64,000 nucleotides of DNA from an uncultured Methanosarcinales archaeon (GTDB taxonomy: Archaea > Nanobdellota > Nanobdellia > Woesearchaeales > JAGVZT01), in the NCBI GenBank assembly GCA_964419615.1, contig CAYQPU010000001.1, positions 7,857 through 71,856 of the forward strand, read 5' to 3'. Shown one piece after another: positions 37,268 to 47,904 of the stretch (the first letter of the stretch is position 1; each line of letters starts with the position of its first letter). The position numbers and the translations under genes are program-made. A model generated the notes under the pieces. It was not told the DNA's origin and did not search any database. It saw nothing but the letters and a program-made list of their open reading frames with translations.

Positions 37268-38734
37268 TTAACCTTTCACACTTATCAATGGTTTTACTCT
37301 GACAACTCTTTTTGCAACATCTGAGCTGTGCATTACACCTACAACAAGATCTACCGCTTTATAAGCTCCAGGTGCCTCTTCTGCAACTCCACCAAGACTA
37401 TGCCCTTTTATGATTATGCCTTTTTCTGCAAGGTGTTTGACAAGTTCTGTTCCTCGCCATTGTCTTTTTGCTTGGTGCCGGGACATTACTCTTCCAGCGC
37501 CATGTATTGCGCTTCCAAATGTTTCTTTCATTCCAGTTTCTGTTCCATGTAATATATATGAAGATGTACCCATTGTTCCACCAACTAATACTGGTTGACC
37601 TATTGATCTGTATGCACTTGGAACCTCATCCCTACCAGGACCAAATGCTCTTGTTGCTCCTTTTCTATGAACCATTAATTCTTTTTGTTTTCCTTGAACT
37701 GTGTGTTTTTCAACTTTTACATTGTTATGACCAATTTCGTAGAAGGTTTCAATTTCTTCGGGTTTTACATTTATTGATTTGAAAGCTTGTCTTGTTAAGT
37801 GAGCTATCATTTCTCTGTTGGCAAATGCACAGTTAATTCCAGCTTTTACCGCCGCCAGGTAATCTTCTCCTTCTGGGCTTTGGATTGGAGCACATACAAG
37901 TTCTTTTTCTCTAATTGGAATATTGTATTTTTTATTTGCAGCTTCAAGTGTTTTTAGATAGTCTGTTCCAATTTGATGGCCTAATGCTCTTGATCCACAG
38001 TGGATGCTGATTAAGATTTGATCTTTGAACAGACCATAAGCCTTGGCTGCATTTTCATCAAATACTTCATCAACATATTGAACTTCAAGATAGTGATTTC
38101 CTGATCCAAGTGTTCCTACTTGTCTAAATTGCCTTTGTTTAGCTTTGTCACTTACTTTTGATGGATCAGCACCTTTGACTCTTCCATTTTCTTCAATGTA
38201 CTCAAGATCAGATTCAAATCCATAACCTTGCTCAACTACATATTCTGCTCCTCTAATCAGAACATCATTAATTTGCTTCATATCTAATCTTAAGTCTCCT
38301 TTTGAACCAATTCCTGCTGGAACTGTTTTAAAGAGTGCATCTGCTAATTGTGATTTTACTTTTTCAACATCAGCTCTTGTTAACTGAGTTTTCAGAGTTC
38401 TAACTCCACAATTAATGTCAAAACCAACTCCAGCGACACTTATAACTCCTTCTTGCAGGTCAAATGCTCCAACACCTCCAATCGGAAATCCATAGCCAGG
38501 ATGTACATCTGACATTGCTAAAGAATATTCTTGTATTCCAGGTAAACATGCAACATTGATTATTTGTTTAAAAGCATTCCATTTCTTGCCTGCTTTAACA
38601 TCAGCTATTAAATGATCAATTATTTCTTTGTTAGCATATATTCTTCCAGGAACATTCATTTCTCCATGTTTTGGGATGTCCCAAACATAGTCTGTGACTT
38701 TTTTTGCTTCATTCATTTCTTCCATTTGTATCAC
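37268..38734 (-). CDS. rtcB: RNA-splicing ligase RtcB
   Basis: Signature GTLGSGNHYLEVQ and metal-binding His/Cys pattern; 488 aa. Confidence 0.9.
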   Translation of the reverse strand: MIQMEEMNEAKKVTDYVWDIPKHGEMNVPGRIYANKEIIDHLIADVKAGKKWNAFKQIINVACLPGIQEYSLAMSDVHPGYGFPIGGVGAFDLQEGVISVAGVGFDINCGVRTLKTQLTRADVEKVKSQLADALFKTVPAGIGSKGDLRLDMKQINDVLIRGAEYVVEQGYGFESDLEYIEENGRVKGADPSKVSDKAKQRQFRQVGTLGSGNHYLEVQYVDEVFDENAAKAYGLFKDQILISIHCGSRALGHQIGTDYLKTLEAANKKYNIPIREKELVCAPIQSPEGEDYLAAVKAGINCAFANREMIAHLTRQAFKSINVKPEEIETFYEIGHNNVKVEKHTVQGKQKELMVHRKGATRAFGPGRDEVPSAYRSIGQPVLVGGTMGTSSYILHGTETGMKETFGSAIHGAGRVMSRHQAKRQWRGTELVKHLAEKGIIIKGHSLGGVAEEAPGAYKAVDLVVGVMHSSDVAKRVVRVKPLISVKG

Positions 38735-39154
38735 CTATACATCTAATAAACATTCAAAATAATGGTTTCCTCCTTCATATTTATAACTCAAACCTGAGTA
38801 TGTTGCAGCTTTAACTTCTGTTTTTGTTTCATGTTTCTTAAGATTGATTTCTTCACCAATTGCTATTCCTTTTAATACAAATTTCTCATCTTGTTTAATG
38901 GAAACTTTAAATTCTGAGAAAAACATGCTGTTTATATCAGCTTGGGCTAGTAATTCATTTAGCCATTCCACAAAAAGAGCTGCTAAACTATCTGCTTCAC
39001 ACTTTATTTTAACTTCTTGTTTTTGATCAACCTCATCAAGGTTTATCATTACATTAAACATCGCCTTTGCTCCTTCTTCAAAAGCCTTATTAACAGACTC
39101 AGCGAAGCTTTGGATGCCAACATCAGCTTGATGTTCAAGGTATTTATATCCCAT
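38735..39154 (-). CDS. Archease (RtcB activator)
   Basis: MGYKYLEHQADVGIQSFAESV... typical archease N-terminus; abuts rtcB with no gap. Confidence 0.85.
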   Translation of the reverse strand: MGYKYLEHQADVGIQSFAESVNKAFEEGAKAMFNVMINLDEVDQKQEVKIKCEADSLAALFVEWLNELLAQADINSMFFSEFKVSIKQDEKFVLKGIAIGEEINLKKHETKTEVKAATYSGLSYKYEGGNHYFECLLDV

Positions 39155-39189
39155 AGCTAGATTGTATTGCCAGGTGATTTAAAAGGTTT

Positions 39190-40755
39190 GTGTACATGAT
39201 ATCAAAGAAAACCTTTTTATATTTGATTATACTCCGTTTTGTTATTATGGCTGTAATGTCGTTGGTCTGGGGTATATTTAGTAGTGGGACTACAAAGCAG
39301 TTGATCACTTCTTTCTTGATTTTGCTAGTTGGATTTCTTATTGCTAAATTTTCAACAAAGATATTTCATATACTGTACAGAACAGTTAGAGGTTCAGAGT
39401 CAATTAAACTGCATGAAGAAAAGGAGCCTTTACTAAGGTTTGTAAAGTATATAATTATGAGCCTTACTATTATTATTGCACTCTTATACCTTCGAGTTTC
39501 AATTGTTGAACATCTTAAGTTAACTTATGATCTTATTCCACAAATACTGTCTATCATATTGGTAATTGTGCTCGGAATTACGATTATTGAGTTTTTTATT
39601 TTTATATTAAAATCATTTATTAAGTCTGTTGGTCTTGATGAGTATTTGGAATTGTATAATCTTGGGCATTTGCTAGGAGTTATTATTTGGATTGTGAAAG
39701 TAACAATGCATCTGGTGTTGATTGAAATTATACTAAGAATGGTTGGAGTTGATTTTACCCCATTTACAACATTTTTAAGGATTGTTTTTTATGCATCATT
39801 TGTGCTGTTAGTCCTTTTTACATTTATTGGGTTAAAATGGTTTGTAGAAAATCTGTTTGCAGGATTGTTTTTAAGAAGCATACCTTATTTTAAAGTTGGT
39901 AGAAGCATAAAATATGGTGATTTTAAGGGAGAAATACAGAGTATAACAAAAGCTGCTATAACAATTAAAAGGGGTAAGAAGATTAAATGGATTCCAAATA
40001 AGCTTATGACTCATGCTGAGCTCGAGTTTGAAGAGAAAATCCCTGAGCTTAGATCTTTGCCAAAAATTAAAAAATATTTTGTTGAGCAAAAGCCAAGTTA
40101 TTGTGGTCCAGCATCTGCTGAGATTATATTAAACATATTTGGACATAAGGTTGACCAATTGGATATTGGAGAAAAATGCAAAACAGCTGTAGGAGTTGGC
40201 ACTCATCCTAAAACATTAATTGGAGTTTCTGAAAAGCTTACCAAGAAAAAGGTTAGAGGAGTTTGGATTGATTATGATAATATTCTTGATCTTCAAAAAG
40301 AAATCAAGTCTTGGCTTGACCAAGGTGCCCTTGTAATTATAGATTATAAGAAAAACTATCTTTTCCCAAAAGCTAAAACTGCTCATTATTCAGTTGTTAT
40401 CGCTGTTGAAGGTAATGAATTGCTAGTTGTAGATCCAAGTATGCATACAGGTGGAGTTTATTATGTTGATCCAAATAGAGTTTTCAAGGGAATGAATACT
40501 TATTCTAAGCTGATTAAAGGCAAGCGAGGATATATTGTGTTAGCACCATCTGGTACAAATGCATATTGGAGAATTGAAAATGATCTTGCTTATGCAGATA
40601 TAGGATTATATGATGATTTGAACAAAAAGTTAAGAGATAAACTTGCAAGACTAACAAATAAGACTAACAATGGAACTATTTTCCCAAACAAAGTTAAAAA
40701 GTTCCTGAATAATTGGGAAAAGAAGGAAAAGATTAGTCGAGTTTGGAAGCCTTAG
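39190..40755 (+). CDS. Polytopic membrane protein with C-terminal peptidase C39-like (papain-fold) domain
   Basis: About 8 TM helices, then KPSYCGPASAEIILNIFG (catalytic Cys context) and HYSVVIAVEGNELLVVDPS (His). Confidence 0.55.
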   Translation: MYMISKKTFLYLIILRFVIMAVMSLVWGIFSSGTTKQLITSFLILLVGFLIAKFSTKIFHILYRTVRGSESIKLHEEKEPLLRFVKYIIMSLTIIIALLYLRVSIVEHLKLTYDLIPQILSIILVIVLGITIIEFFIFILKSFIKSVGLDEYLELYNLGHLLGVIIWIVKVTMHLVLIEIILRMVGVDFTPFTTFLRIVFYASFVLLVLFTFIGLKWFVENLFAGLFLRSIPYFKVGRSIKYGDFKGEIQSITKAAITIKRGKKIKWIPNKLMTHAELEFEEKIPELRSLPKIKKYFVEQKPSYCGPASAEIILNIFGHKVDQLDIGEKCKTAVGVGTHPKTLIGVSEKLTKKKVRGVWIDYDNILDLQKEIKSWLDQGALVIIDYKKNYLFPKAKTAHYSVVIAVEGNELLVVDPSMHTGGVYYVDPNRVFKGMNTYSKLIKGKRGYIVLAPSGTNAYWRIENDLAYADIGLYDDLNKKLRDKLARLTNKTNNGTIFPNKVKKFLNNWEKKEKISRVWKP

Positions 40756-41555
40756 AATTCTTTTGTTCTTTTAATTTCCAAATCTGTTTGGTCAGTAATA
40801 TGTTTTATTTTTTCTTTGTATGGACCAAGTCCTTTCCAATCTAAGATTATGAGATCTGCTTTTGGAATAGTTCTATTTATAGCCTGACCTAACAACTCAA
40901 GATTCAAATCATCAAGTTTGTATTTGGGGCATACATGACCTATTGCAATTTCTGAGTTTAAAATTATTTTTTTGAAGCTTGGTGTGTGATGCAGTCCACC
41001 AATTCCAACTGCGGTTTGGTATTGTTTTGGTTCAGATGATATTAAGTCTAGAATTGTTTTGGCTATTATGTTTGCGGCAGTTTTATCATTCCAGTGCTCT
41101 TCTGATGAACCTATCTCAATAAACATAGATGGTTTTTCGATATATGGCCCATGGTGAGTGCATTCCTGAATAATTTCAAATTGAGTATCTTTGCCGAGTT
41201 CATTTAGTTTATTAAGTGCTTTTTTTAAGTGCAAAGCTGGAGCAACAGCAAGTTCATTATCTTTGCCGCCCATCATTGCTTCTCCCCAATTGCCTTGAGT
41301 GTGCACACTTAAGGAGGAAATTTGAGCTTTTGATTCGTGCTTGGTTGCAAATATGAACAAATCTGCTTGAATTTCCTGATCCAGGTTTTCACAATCAACA
41401 GAATCTTTTTTTACGGTGTACAGTTTTGCATTTCCAAGTTTGTATACTTGAGAATCATCAAATTCACCATCTGGTTCAAATCCTAATTCTAATAGTGAGT
41501 TTTTTATGTTTAAACCTGCCAGATCCTTGCTAGATACAATTATTCCGAATTCCAT
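40752..41555 (-). CDS. dtdA: D-aminoacyl-tRNA deacylase, archaeal type (DtdA)
   Basis: Blocks HTQGNWGEAMMGGKD, ECTHHGP, FIEIGSSEE, AVGIGGLHHTP, DWKG match DtdA family. Confidence 0.8.
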   Translation of the reverse strand: MEFGIIVSSKDLAGLNIKNSLLELGFEPDGEFDDSQVYKLGNAKLYTVKKDSVDCENLDQEIQADLFIFATKHESKAQISSLSVHTQGNWGEAMMGGKDNELAVAPALHLKKALNKLNELGKDTQFEIIQECTHHGPYIEKPSMFIEIGSSEEHWNDKTAANIIAKTILDLISSEPKQYQTAVGIGGLHHTPSFKKIILNSEIAIGHVCPKYKLDDLNLELLGQAINRTIPKADLIILDWKGLGPYKEKIKHITDQTDLEIKRTKEF

Positions 41556-41578
41556 TCTTGAAACTAAAGTACTTTGTT

Positions 41579-42928
41579 TTATAGATTTTTTGATAGATAG
41601 CTTAACACATTCCTATAAAAATTAATATCAGATAGTTTTGTAATATTATTTGTTATTGTTTTGTGATGCAAGTAAAAGCTTTTATATGCTTGTTTTTGTG
41701 TTTCCTTTAATGTTTCAGGATTATAGTTTTCGTTTACAACCAATGGATTTTCATTATGAGTTGAGAATCTTTGCCATTCATTGTTTGAATTTTTATCAAT
41801 AAATGGATATGGAACATACATATGAAATGATGCTCCGCATAAAGGAAGTTGTTTTGCAAGCGCTATTGACTTATTCACATCTTTTAAGGTTTCACTTGGA
41901 GATCCAATAATAAACGATCCGAATACCCTTATCCCTTGTTTTTTAACCATTCTTATTTTATTCTTAATGTCTAAGATATTGATTTGCTTATTCATTTTTT
42001 TTAGAATATTCTGAGATCCTGATTCTATACCAACATAGATACAATAACAGTTTGATTTTTTCATTGATTTGATCATTTTTTCATTTATATCATTTAGATG
42101 CATACTAGCACTCCAACCCATATTGTGCCTTTGCATATGTTCTGAGAATTCAATTACTCTTTGATTATCAACTCCAAAATTATCATCTTGGAAAAAAATA
42201 AAATTTCTACCGAGTTTTTTTGCAGTTATTACCATGTCAATTATATTTTCTGGTGAGTGTGCTCTCCATTCTCCAAAAACCGCCTGGTCACATATTTTGC
42301 ATTTGTATGGACATCCCCTACTGCTTATTAACAAGAAGGGTTTTCCATATGTTTGCAATGCATGAAATCGATAGTTTTTTGGATTAATTAGGTCAAAAGC
42401 AGGTAGTGGTAGAGAATCAAGTTTGGATACTGGCTTTCTTGTTGGAGTTTGAATGATTGTGCCATTATGTCTGTAGATTATACCTCTTACCTTGGATAAA
42501 GTTTTATCTTTTTTTAGGGTATCTAATAAATCAAACATAGTCAATTCTCCTTCACCAATTACTCCTATGTCCAAATCTAAACATTTTTTCATAGCAGAAA
42601 CTGGAACTGAGGAGATGTGAGAACCTCCAAGGATTGTGATTATTTTCTTGTTTTGTTTTTTGATCCTAGAAAAAATCTTTTTAATTGATGGAAATACTGC
42701 AGTTGCTGCTGTAATTGCTACAACATCAGGCTCTGCCTTGGTTATTAATGTGATTAGCTTGCCTTCACCAATTTTCTTTGCTGGACAGTCAATTAATTCA
42801 ATTTCATGATGCTTCCTAATGTAAGATGCAATGTACAATAATCCAACCGGGGGAAGAATTGCTGCAGACTCGTAATAATTAGAATATACCTCTTGATTAA
42901 CAGGAGGATTGACTAATAATACTTTCAT
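41579..42928 (-). CDS. B12-binding domain radical SAM protein
   Basis: N-terminal cobalamin-binding fold, CPYKCKICDQ (CxxxCxxC). Confidence 0.8.
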   Translation of the reverse strand: MKVLLVNPPVNQEVYSNYYESAAILPPVGLLYIASYIRKHHEIELIDCPAKKIGEGKLITLITKAEPDVVAITAATAVFPSIKKIFSRIKKQNKKIITILGGSHISSVPVSAMKKCLDLDIGVIGEGELTMFDLLDTLKKDKTLSKVRGIIYRHNGTIIQTPTRKPVSKLDSLPLPAFDLINPKNYRFHALQTYGKPFLLISSRGCPYKCKICDQAVFGEWRAHSPENIIDMVITAKKLGRNFIFFQDDNFGVDNQRVIEFSEHMQRHNMGWSASMHLNDINEKMIKSMKKSNCYCIYVGIESGSQNILKKMNKQINILDIKNKIRMVKKQGIRVFGSFIIGSPSETLKDVNKSIALAKQLPLCGASFHMYVPYPFIDKNSNNEWQRFSTHNENPLVVNENYNPETLKETQKQAYKSFYLHHKTITNNITKLSDINFYRNVLSYLSKNL

Positions 42929-42951
42929 TATATCTGAGTGTGCTTGTACTC

Positions 42952-44166
42952 TTATAATTGTTTCTGATATTTATTGTGAAGTGTTTTTTGAAATACTGAG
43001 GATTTTGTTAATTGTTCTAAGAGATGATCTGCTCTGACCAGACCAGAACCGAAGATCCATTGATTGTCATAGTCTCTTTCTGAATCAAGGTGGTCTGCTG
43101 TGTCTTCCATTATTTGTTCCAAATCCATGTCATTGTAAACTGAAAGAGCTAATGCGATGGTTCCTGTTATGTGTGGTGTTGCCATGGATGTTCCGCTTAG
43201 GATTGCAGATCCTCCTCCAGGATAACATGACATGATATCAACTCCGGGTGCAGATATGTCATTTGTCTCACAAATGTTACTAAAGTCTGCATGTTGATTG
43301 GCTTGATTTACAGCAGCAACTGCAATTACTGATTCATCAAATGAAGCAGGGTATGAAGGGCCATATCTTTCGTTGCCTGCTGCAGCAACAACAAAATGAC
43401 CATTATTATAAGCTAGTCTGCATATGTCTTCAAAGGCTCTTGAGGCATCTCTTGATCCAAGACTCATGTTCATTACATCAATTTCATTTTTAATGCACCA
43501 TTCAACACCTGCTATTACATCTGCTTCTGAGCCAGAGCCATATTCATTTAGGACTCTTACAGCATATAGTGTTGAGTCAAGACTAACTCCATAATTATTT
43601 GAACAGCTTGTTCCTGCAACATGTGTACCATGTCCTTCTTCATCCATGGGGTTAGAATCTAAGTTAACTAGATCAACTCCTTTGGATTTACCAAAGTTTG
43701 ATCTAAGTTCTGGATGATTGTAATCAATACCTGTGTCAATAATTCCAATTGATATATTTGATCCAGTAGATATTTTGTGTGCACCATACACACCAATGTT
43801 TCTTAAGTTCCATAGACTACTGAATTCAAGGCTGTGGTAAACATCAGGCTGATGTTTGAATGAAGGAACTTTTGACACCTTTGAAACAACATTAATTGTT
43901 GTGATTGAAGATAACTCATCTGATAGTGTTTTTGAATGCATTTTAGATGTTATTCTTTGCACATCTCCCGCAGACATAGTTACACTAATGTACGGGATCA
44001 GATCATAGACATGATCCACATTACCAAGTTTGCCCAATGATTCCGCAACTGCTGGTTGATATCCATTTTTTACACCGATAATAACACTAAATTTATCATC
44101 TTTATGTGATTTTGCAAGTTTTGCTTCGAGATGTTCTTTTCTCTTTACTTCTCTAAGAATTTTCAT
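42952..44166 (-). CDS. Subtilisin-like serine protease (S8)
   Basis: Asp/His/Ser blocks GIIDTGID, HGTHVAGT, GTSMATPHITG. Confidence 0.85.
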   Translation of the reverse strand: MKILREVKRKEHLEAKLAKSHKDDKFSVIIGVKNGYQPAVAESLGKLGNVDHVYDLIPYISVTMSAGDVQRITSKMHSKTLSDELSSITTINVVSKVSKVPSFKHQPDVYHSLEFSSLWNLRNIGVYGAHKISTGSNISIGIIDTGIDYNHPELRSNFGKSKGVDLVNLDSNPMDEEGHGTHVAGTSCSNNYGVSLDSTLYAVRVLNEYGSGSEADVIAGVEWCIKNEIDVMNMSLGSRDASRAFEDICRLAYNNGHFVVAAAGNERYGPSYPASFDESVIAVAAVNQANQHADFSNICETNDISAPGVDIMSCYPGGGSAILSGTSMATPHITGTIALALSVYNDMDLEQIMEDTADHLDSERDYDNQWIFGSGLVRADHLLEQLTKSSVFQKTLHNKYQKQL

Positions 44167-44306
44167 AAAAACAATTTTAGTTTTTTGTTAAATATGTTCT
44201 ACCCAAGAATTGCCGAAAACTTTTCGGAATTAGTGAAAATACTGTATTCTTCACAGACTAGTGTATAGTAAATTTTATAAAACAAACATAATTTTGCAAG
44301 GTAAAG

Positions 44307-44624
44307 ATGATAGTAATCTACATCACTTTTGCAACAAAAGAGGAAGCTGAATCTGTTTCTAGAGTGCTTCTTGAAAAAAAATTGATTGCATGTTCAAATA
44401 TTCATTCATTTGATTCAAGTTATTGGTGGAAAGGTGAAATTATTAGCAAACCTGAGTTTATGATGCTTGCAAAAACTAGTAAAGAAAAATTTGAAGATAT
44501 AAAAATTGAAGTTAAAAAGCTGCATAGCTATGAAGTTCCTTGCATTATTTACTGGGAAATTAACGGAAATAAAGAATACATTGATTGGATGAAGCGATGC
44601 GTTAATGAAGGACCATTTGATTAA
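44307..44624 (+). CDS. cutA: Divalent-cation tolerance protein CutA
   Basis: IVIYITFATKEEAESVSRVLLEKKLIAC...SYWWKGEI matches CutA1 family. Confidence 0.8.
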   Translation: MIVIYITFATKEEAESVSRVLLEKKLIACSNIHSFDSSYWWKGEIISKPEFMMLAKTSKEKFEDIKIEVKKLHSYEVPCIIYWEINGNKEYIDWMKRCVNEGPFD

Positions 44625-44808
44625 GATAAATATGGAATGCCTATATTGTTGTGAAAATGGCGAAAAGAGATGGTTCTCTGAATGGAACCATGAACATCAT
44701 TATAAGACGTTTCTATGCAAATGTTGTGGGAAAAAGAACTTTGTTAGAGTCAGTTTCCAAGGTTCAGGTCATGATAATTGGGGACTTGAGGATCAGGTAG
44801 ATTCATAA
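44605..44808 (+). CDS. Small Cys-rich (zinc-ribbon-like) protein
   Basis: CLYCC...CKCCGKK pattern; overlaps cutA end. Confidence 0.35.
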   Translation: MKDHLIKINMECLYCCENGEKRWFSEWNHEHHYKTFLCKCCGKKNFVRVSFQGSGHDNWGLEDQVDS

Positions 44809-44853
44809 TATCTATAGATTAAATATAAAAATATCAAGTACTTTTGGTTTGCT

Positions 44854-45291
44854 ATGGAAGATTGCATAACATGTAATTATAATAAAGATCCATCTAGTGT
44901 GCCTGGAGGAAGGATTAAAGAATATGAGTATTGGATTTTAGAACATATTAATGAACCAATACCTGTTAAAGGTTGGCTGGTTTTAAAAACTAAAAGACAT
45001 ACTGAAGGAATAGATGGTTTCAATATTAATGAGTCTCAAGAATTATCTGAAATTCTTTTTAACTTACCAAAAATCCAAAAGCAAATCTTTGATACTGAAC
45101 AGATTTACATTTGCTGTTTTACAGAACTAGTGAATCATTTACACTTCCATCTTATTCCTCGTGGCAAGAATGAGATAAGGAAAGGTACTCAAATTGTTGA
45201 TCTAATGTCTGATGTTAAAAAAAATAAAACCTTAGCAATAGACCCAAATTTAATTTTGGATTCAATTCAAGAATTAAAAAAGAGACTTTAG
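44854..45291 (+). CDS. HIT family hydrolase
   Basis: Histidine triad HLHFHLIP; N-terminal C..C. Confidence 0.65.
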   Translation: MEDCITCNYNKDPSSVPGGRIKEYEYWILEHINEPIPVKGWLVLKTKRHTEGIDGFNINESQELSEILFNLPKIQKQIFDTEQIYICCFTELVNHLHFHLIPRGKNEIRKGTQIVDLMSDVKKNKTLAIDPNLILDSIQELKKRL

Positions 45292-45292
45292 T

Positions 45293-46450
45293 TTATAAGA
45301 TATTATTTAATTCTTCTACTGTTCTATCAACATGTTCTTTTTGTATTATTAATGGTGGTAGGAATCTAAGTACTGTTGATGATGCCGGAGCTGCTATTAT
45401 TCCTTTTTCCTGAAGTTTTTTTAGGTATTCACTGCTTTTCTTTTTTAGATCTAGTCCTATCATTAGACCTGCTCCACGTACATCTCTTATCAGAGGAGAA
45501 TCAAGATTGTTTAGTTCTGACATAAAGTAACTTCCAATTTCCTTACTATGACTTAATAGGTTGTTTTGCTCAATGTAATTGATTGTTGCAAGGCTTGCAG
45601 CACATACTAATGGATTCCCTCCAAAAGTAGAGCTGTGAACACTCTTACCTACAGTTTCTGCAATTTCTTCAGTAGTGAGTGTTGCACTCATTGCAAGACC
45701 ATTTGCTATTCCTTTGGATAAACAGATTATATCTGGTTCTACATTGTAAAGTTCTGAAGCTGTCCAATGTCCTGTTCGAAATCCTGTTTGGACTTCATCA
45801 AAGATTAATACTGTTTCTGTGTCATTGCAGATGTCTCTAGCTGCTTTAAGGTATTGCTTTGTTGCAAGTTTTATTCCTGATTCTCCCTGGATTGGTTCAA
45901 GGATTAATGCGGCTGTATCTTTATTCACTGTTTCTTTTAATTCTTCCTCATCATTAAATCTGATTTGCTCAAAGCCAGGAATTAGTGGTAAAAATGGTTT
46001 TCTGTACTTAGGACTTGAAGTTGTTGCTGAGAGTGTAGCCAAAGTCTTTCCATGATAACCTAATTTTGCGGATATTATCTTTCTTCTTCCAGAATAGATC
46101 ATTGAGAATTTTATAGCTGCTTCAACTGCTTCTGCACCAGAGTTTCCAAAGTAGATTCTATTTAGATTCTTGGGTGTAATACTGATCAATTTTGCTGCTG
46201 CTTTTTCACGGACTTTATTATGAAAACTCCAATGTATGTTTGAGATTTTGGATAGTTGATCTGTGATTGCGCTGTTTATAGCTTTACAGTTATGACCCAA
46301 AATACTAACCCCAATGTTTGTCATTAAGTCAAGATATTTATTTCCCTTATCATCATATAGATAGACTCCGTTTCCTCTTGTGATGTTTAGTTCTCTAACT
46401 GGAAAGGTTGAGATCATTATTTTTTTATTATCTAAGTTTTCATTATTCAT
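45293..46450 (-). CDS. lysJ: Class III PLP aminotransferase, LysJ/ArgD-type ([LysW]-aminoadipate semialdehyde / acetylornithine aminotransferase)
   Basis: FDEVQTGFRTG and SKGIANG (PLP-Lys) motifs. Confidence 0.85.
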   Translation of the reverse strand: MNNENLDNKKIMISTFPVRELNITRGNGVYLYDDKGNKYLDLMTNIGVSILGHNCKAINSAITDQLSKISNIHWSFHNKVREKAAAKLISITPKNLNRIYFGNSGAEAVEAAIKFSMIYSGRRKIISAKLGYHGKTLATLSATTSSPKYRKPFLPLIPGFEQIRFNDEEELKETVNKDTAALILEPIQGESGIKLATKQYLKAARDICNDTETVLIFDEVQTGFRTGHWTASELYNVEPDIICLSKGIANGLAMSATLTTEEIAETVGKSVHSSTFGGNPLVCAASLATINYIEQNNLLSHSKEIGSYFMSELNNLDSPLIRDVRGAGLMIGLDLKKKSSEYLKKLQEKGIIAAPASSTVLRFLPPLIIQKEHVDRTVEELNNIL

Positions 46451-47232
46451 TGTATCACAGTTCCTTTTTTTATATCTTTTATTGGGTGCTCAACTCTCCC
46501 ATCTGTAATGTAAACTGTTGTTTGACTATTTTCAAATAGTTTTCTAAGGGCAAGGATTTTGCGTTTTATTCTGCCTTCTACTTGTTGCTCGCGCTGCTCT
46601 AATTCATCACAGTTTATTTCCTTTACAAGTGAATCAGGATCATTAAGATTATCTAATAAACCCTGAGCTTCTATTAATTGGATTATTTTGTCTGCAGGTA
46701 TTGCTTGGTGAATTACATTTACTATATTATCATTTTCAGAGTTTATTGCAAACCCATTTTCATCAACTATGGGTACAGTAATTACCGGAGTGTATCCATT
46801 ATCTAATAATAGCCTGAGTAGGGCGGTGTTTACAGATTTTGGTTTACCTGAAAAATCTCTTACAATTTTTAGCTTGTTATTTTCTTTAATCCTAATCCCA
46901 TTGTTTCTACTTCCTTGAATTAATCTTCCATCTAAACCAGTTAAACCTATTGCGTTTATTCCATTTTGTTGACATAGTTCAACAATTCTTTTGTTTTTAA
47001 GGCCAGAGTATGCCATCATCATTATATCAAGGGCATCCTTGTCTGAGAATACACTTGAATAGCCAGATACTGATTGAATTGTTTTTTTTGGTTTGTCTAA
47101 TTGCTCAGCAATTTTATCTCTTAGAGCATTTGCTCCATGAACTATTATGAATTTTTCATCTAGTTCTGATAGATCCTTAATTATCCCTTCAATGTTAATA
47201 TCTGCTCCTCCTCCAATCTTTACAATTATCAT
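46447..47232 (-). CDS. lysZ: Amino-acid kinase family, LysZ/ArgB-type
   Basis: IVKIGGG...IVHGANA motif; operon position. Confidence 0.8.
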   Translation of the reverse strand: MIIVKIGGGADINIEGIIKDLSELDEKFIIVHGANALRDKIAEQLDKPKKTIQSVSGYSSVFSDKDALDIMMMAYSGLKNKRIVELCQQNGINAIGLTGLDGRLIQGSRNNGIRIKENNKLKIVRDFSGKPKSVNTALLRLLLDNGYTPVITVPIVDENGFAINSENDNIVNVIHQAIPADKIIQLIEAQGLLDNLNDPDSLVKEINCDELEQREQQVEGRIKRKILALRKLFENSQTTVYITDGRVEHPIKDIKKGTVIQ

Positions 47233-47888
47233 TTAAAACACCTTGTTGTGTTGTTAGGTATAGGTTTTGATTCATTGTTAAATTTTTCTGAACATATTAC
47301 CAATTTGTCAGTTTCACTAAGGTGCATTGTGAAATATTCTGATCTTTCATTAAAATTTGTTGATAAAAATATGTTTTTAGTTTGCATATTTACAATTACC
47401 AAATTTATTGCTTTAACAGTATTTGTTCTACATACAAGATAATCAATTCCTTTTTTAATTGCATTTAATAAAGAATCTGATCCACTTGATTGTTGTAGTT
47501 CAGAGTCTCGAAATCTTTTGATAAGATTAAATATTTTTTCAGCACCAATTCTTCCATGTTCCCTTATTCTAACTCCTCTTAATTCTCCATTAAACACAAA
47601 GACTAGTTCATTATCAGTAAACGGCATGTTGTTTTCAATTACTATGTCTTTGTCTTCAAATGCACTTCTTGCATGAACAATTAGTAAGTTTGTTTTTTCA
47701 AATTTCTCAAAATCATCTTCCCAGATAGGATTAATGTTTTTGTAAAATTTCCAACCTCCTGAAAAAAAGGCACACCCCCAACCATGGCCTTGATACTCTT
47801 TGCTGTTTTGGCACAATTTAGCAAATTTTTCTAGATAGGGAGCTATTTCAAACTCAGTGTTTGATTTGATTATTAGTATTCTACACAT
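47229..47888 (-). CDS. Class II glutamine amidotransferase / Ntn-hydrolase-like protein
   Basis: N-terminal MCRIL (Cys2 nucleophile), HARSAFED...NNMPF resembling GATase-II core. Confidence 0.5.
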   Translation of the reverse strand: MCRILIIKSNTEFEIAPYLEKFAKLCQNSKEYQGHGWGCAFFSGGWKFYKNINPIWEDDFEKFEKTNLLIVHARSAFEDKDIVIENNMPFTDNELVFVFNGELRGVRIREHGRIGAEKIFNLIKRFRDSELQQSSGSDSLLNAIKKGIDYLVCRTNTVKAINLVIVNMQTKNIFLSTNFNERSEYFTMHLSETDKLVICSEKFNNESKPIPNNTTRCFK

Positions 47889-47904
47889 TTTTTATGTTGA
47901 GTTA

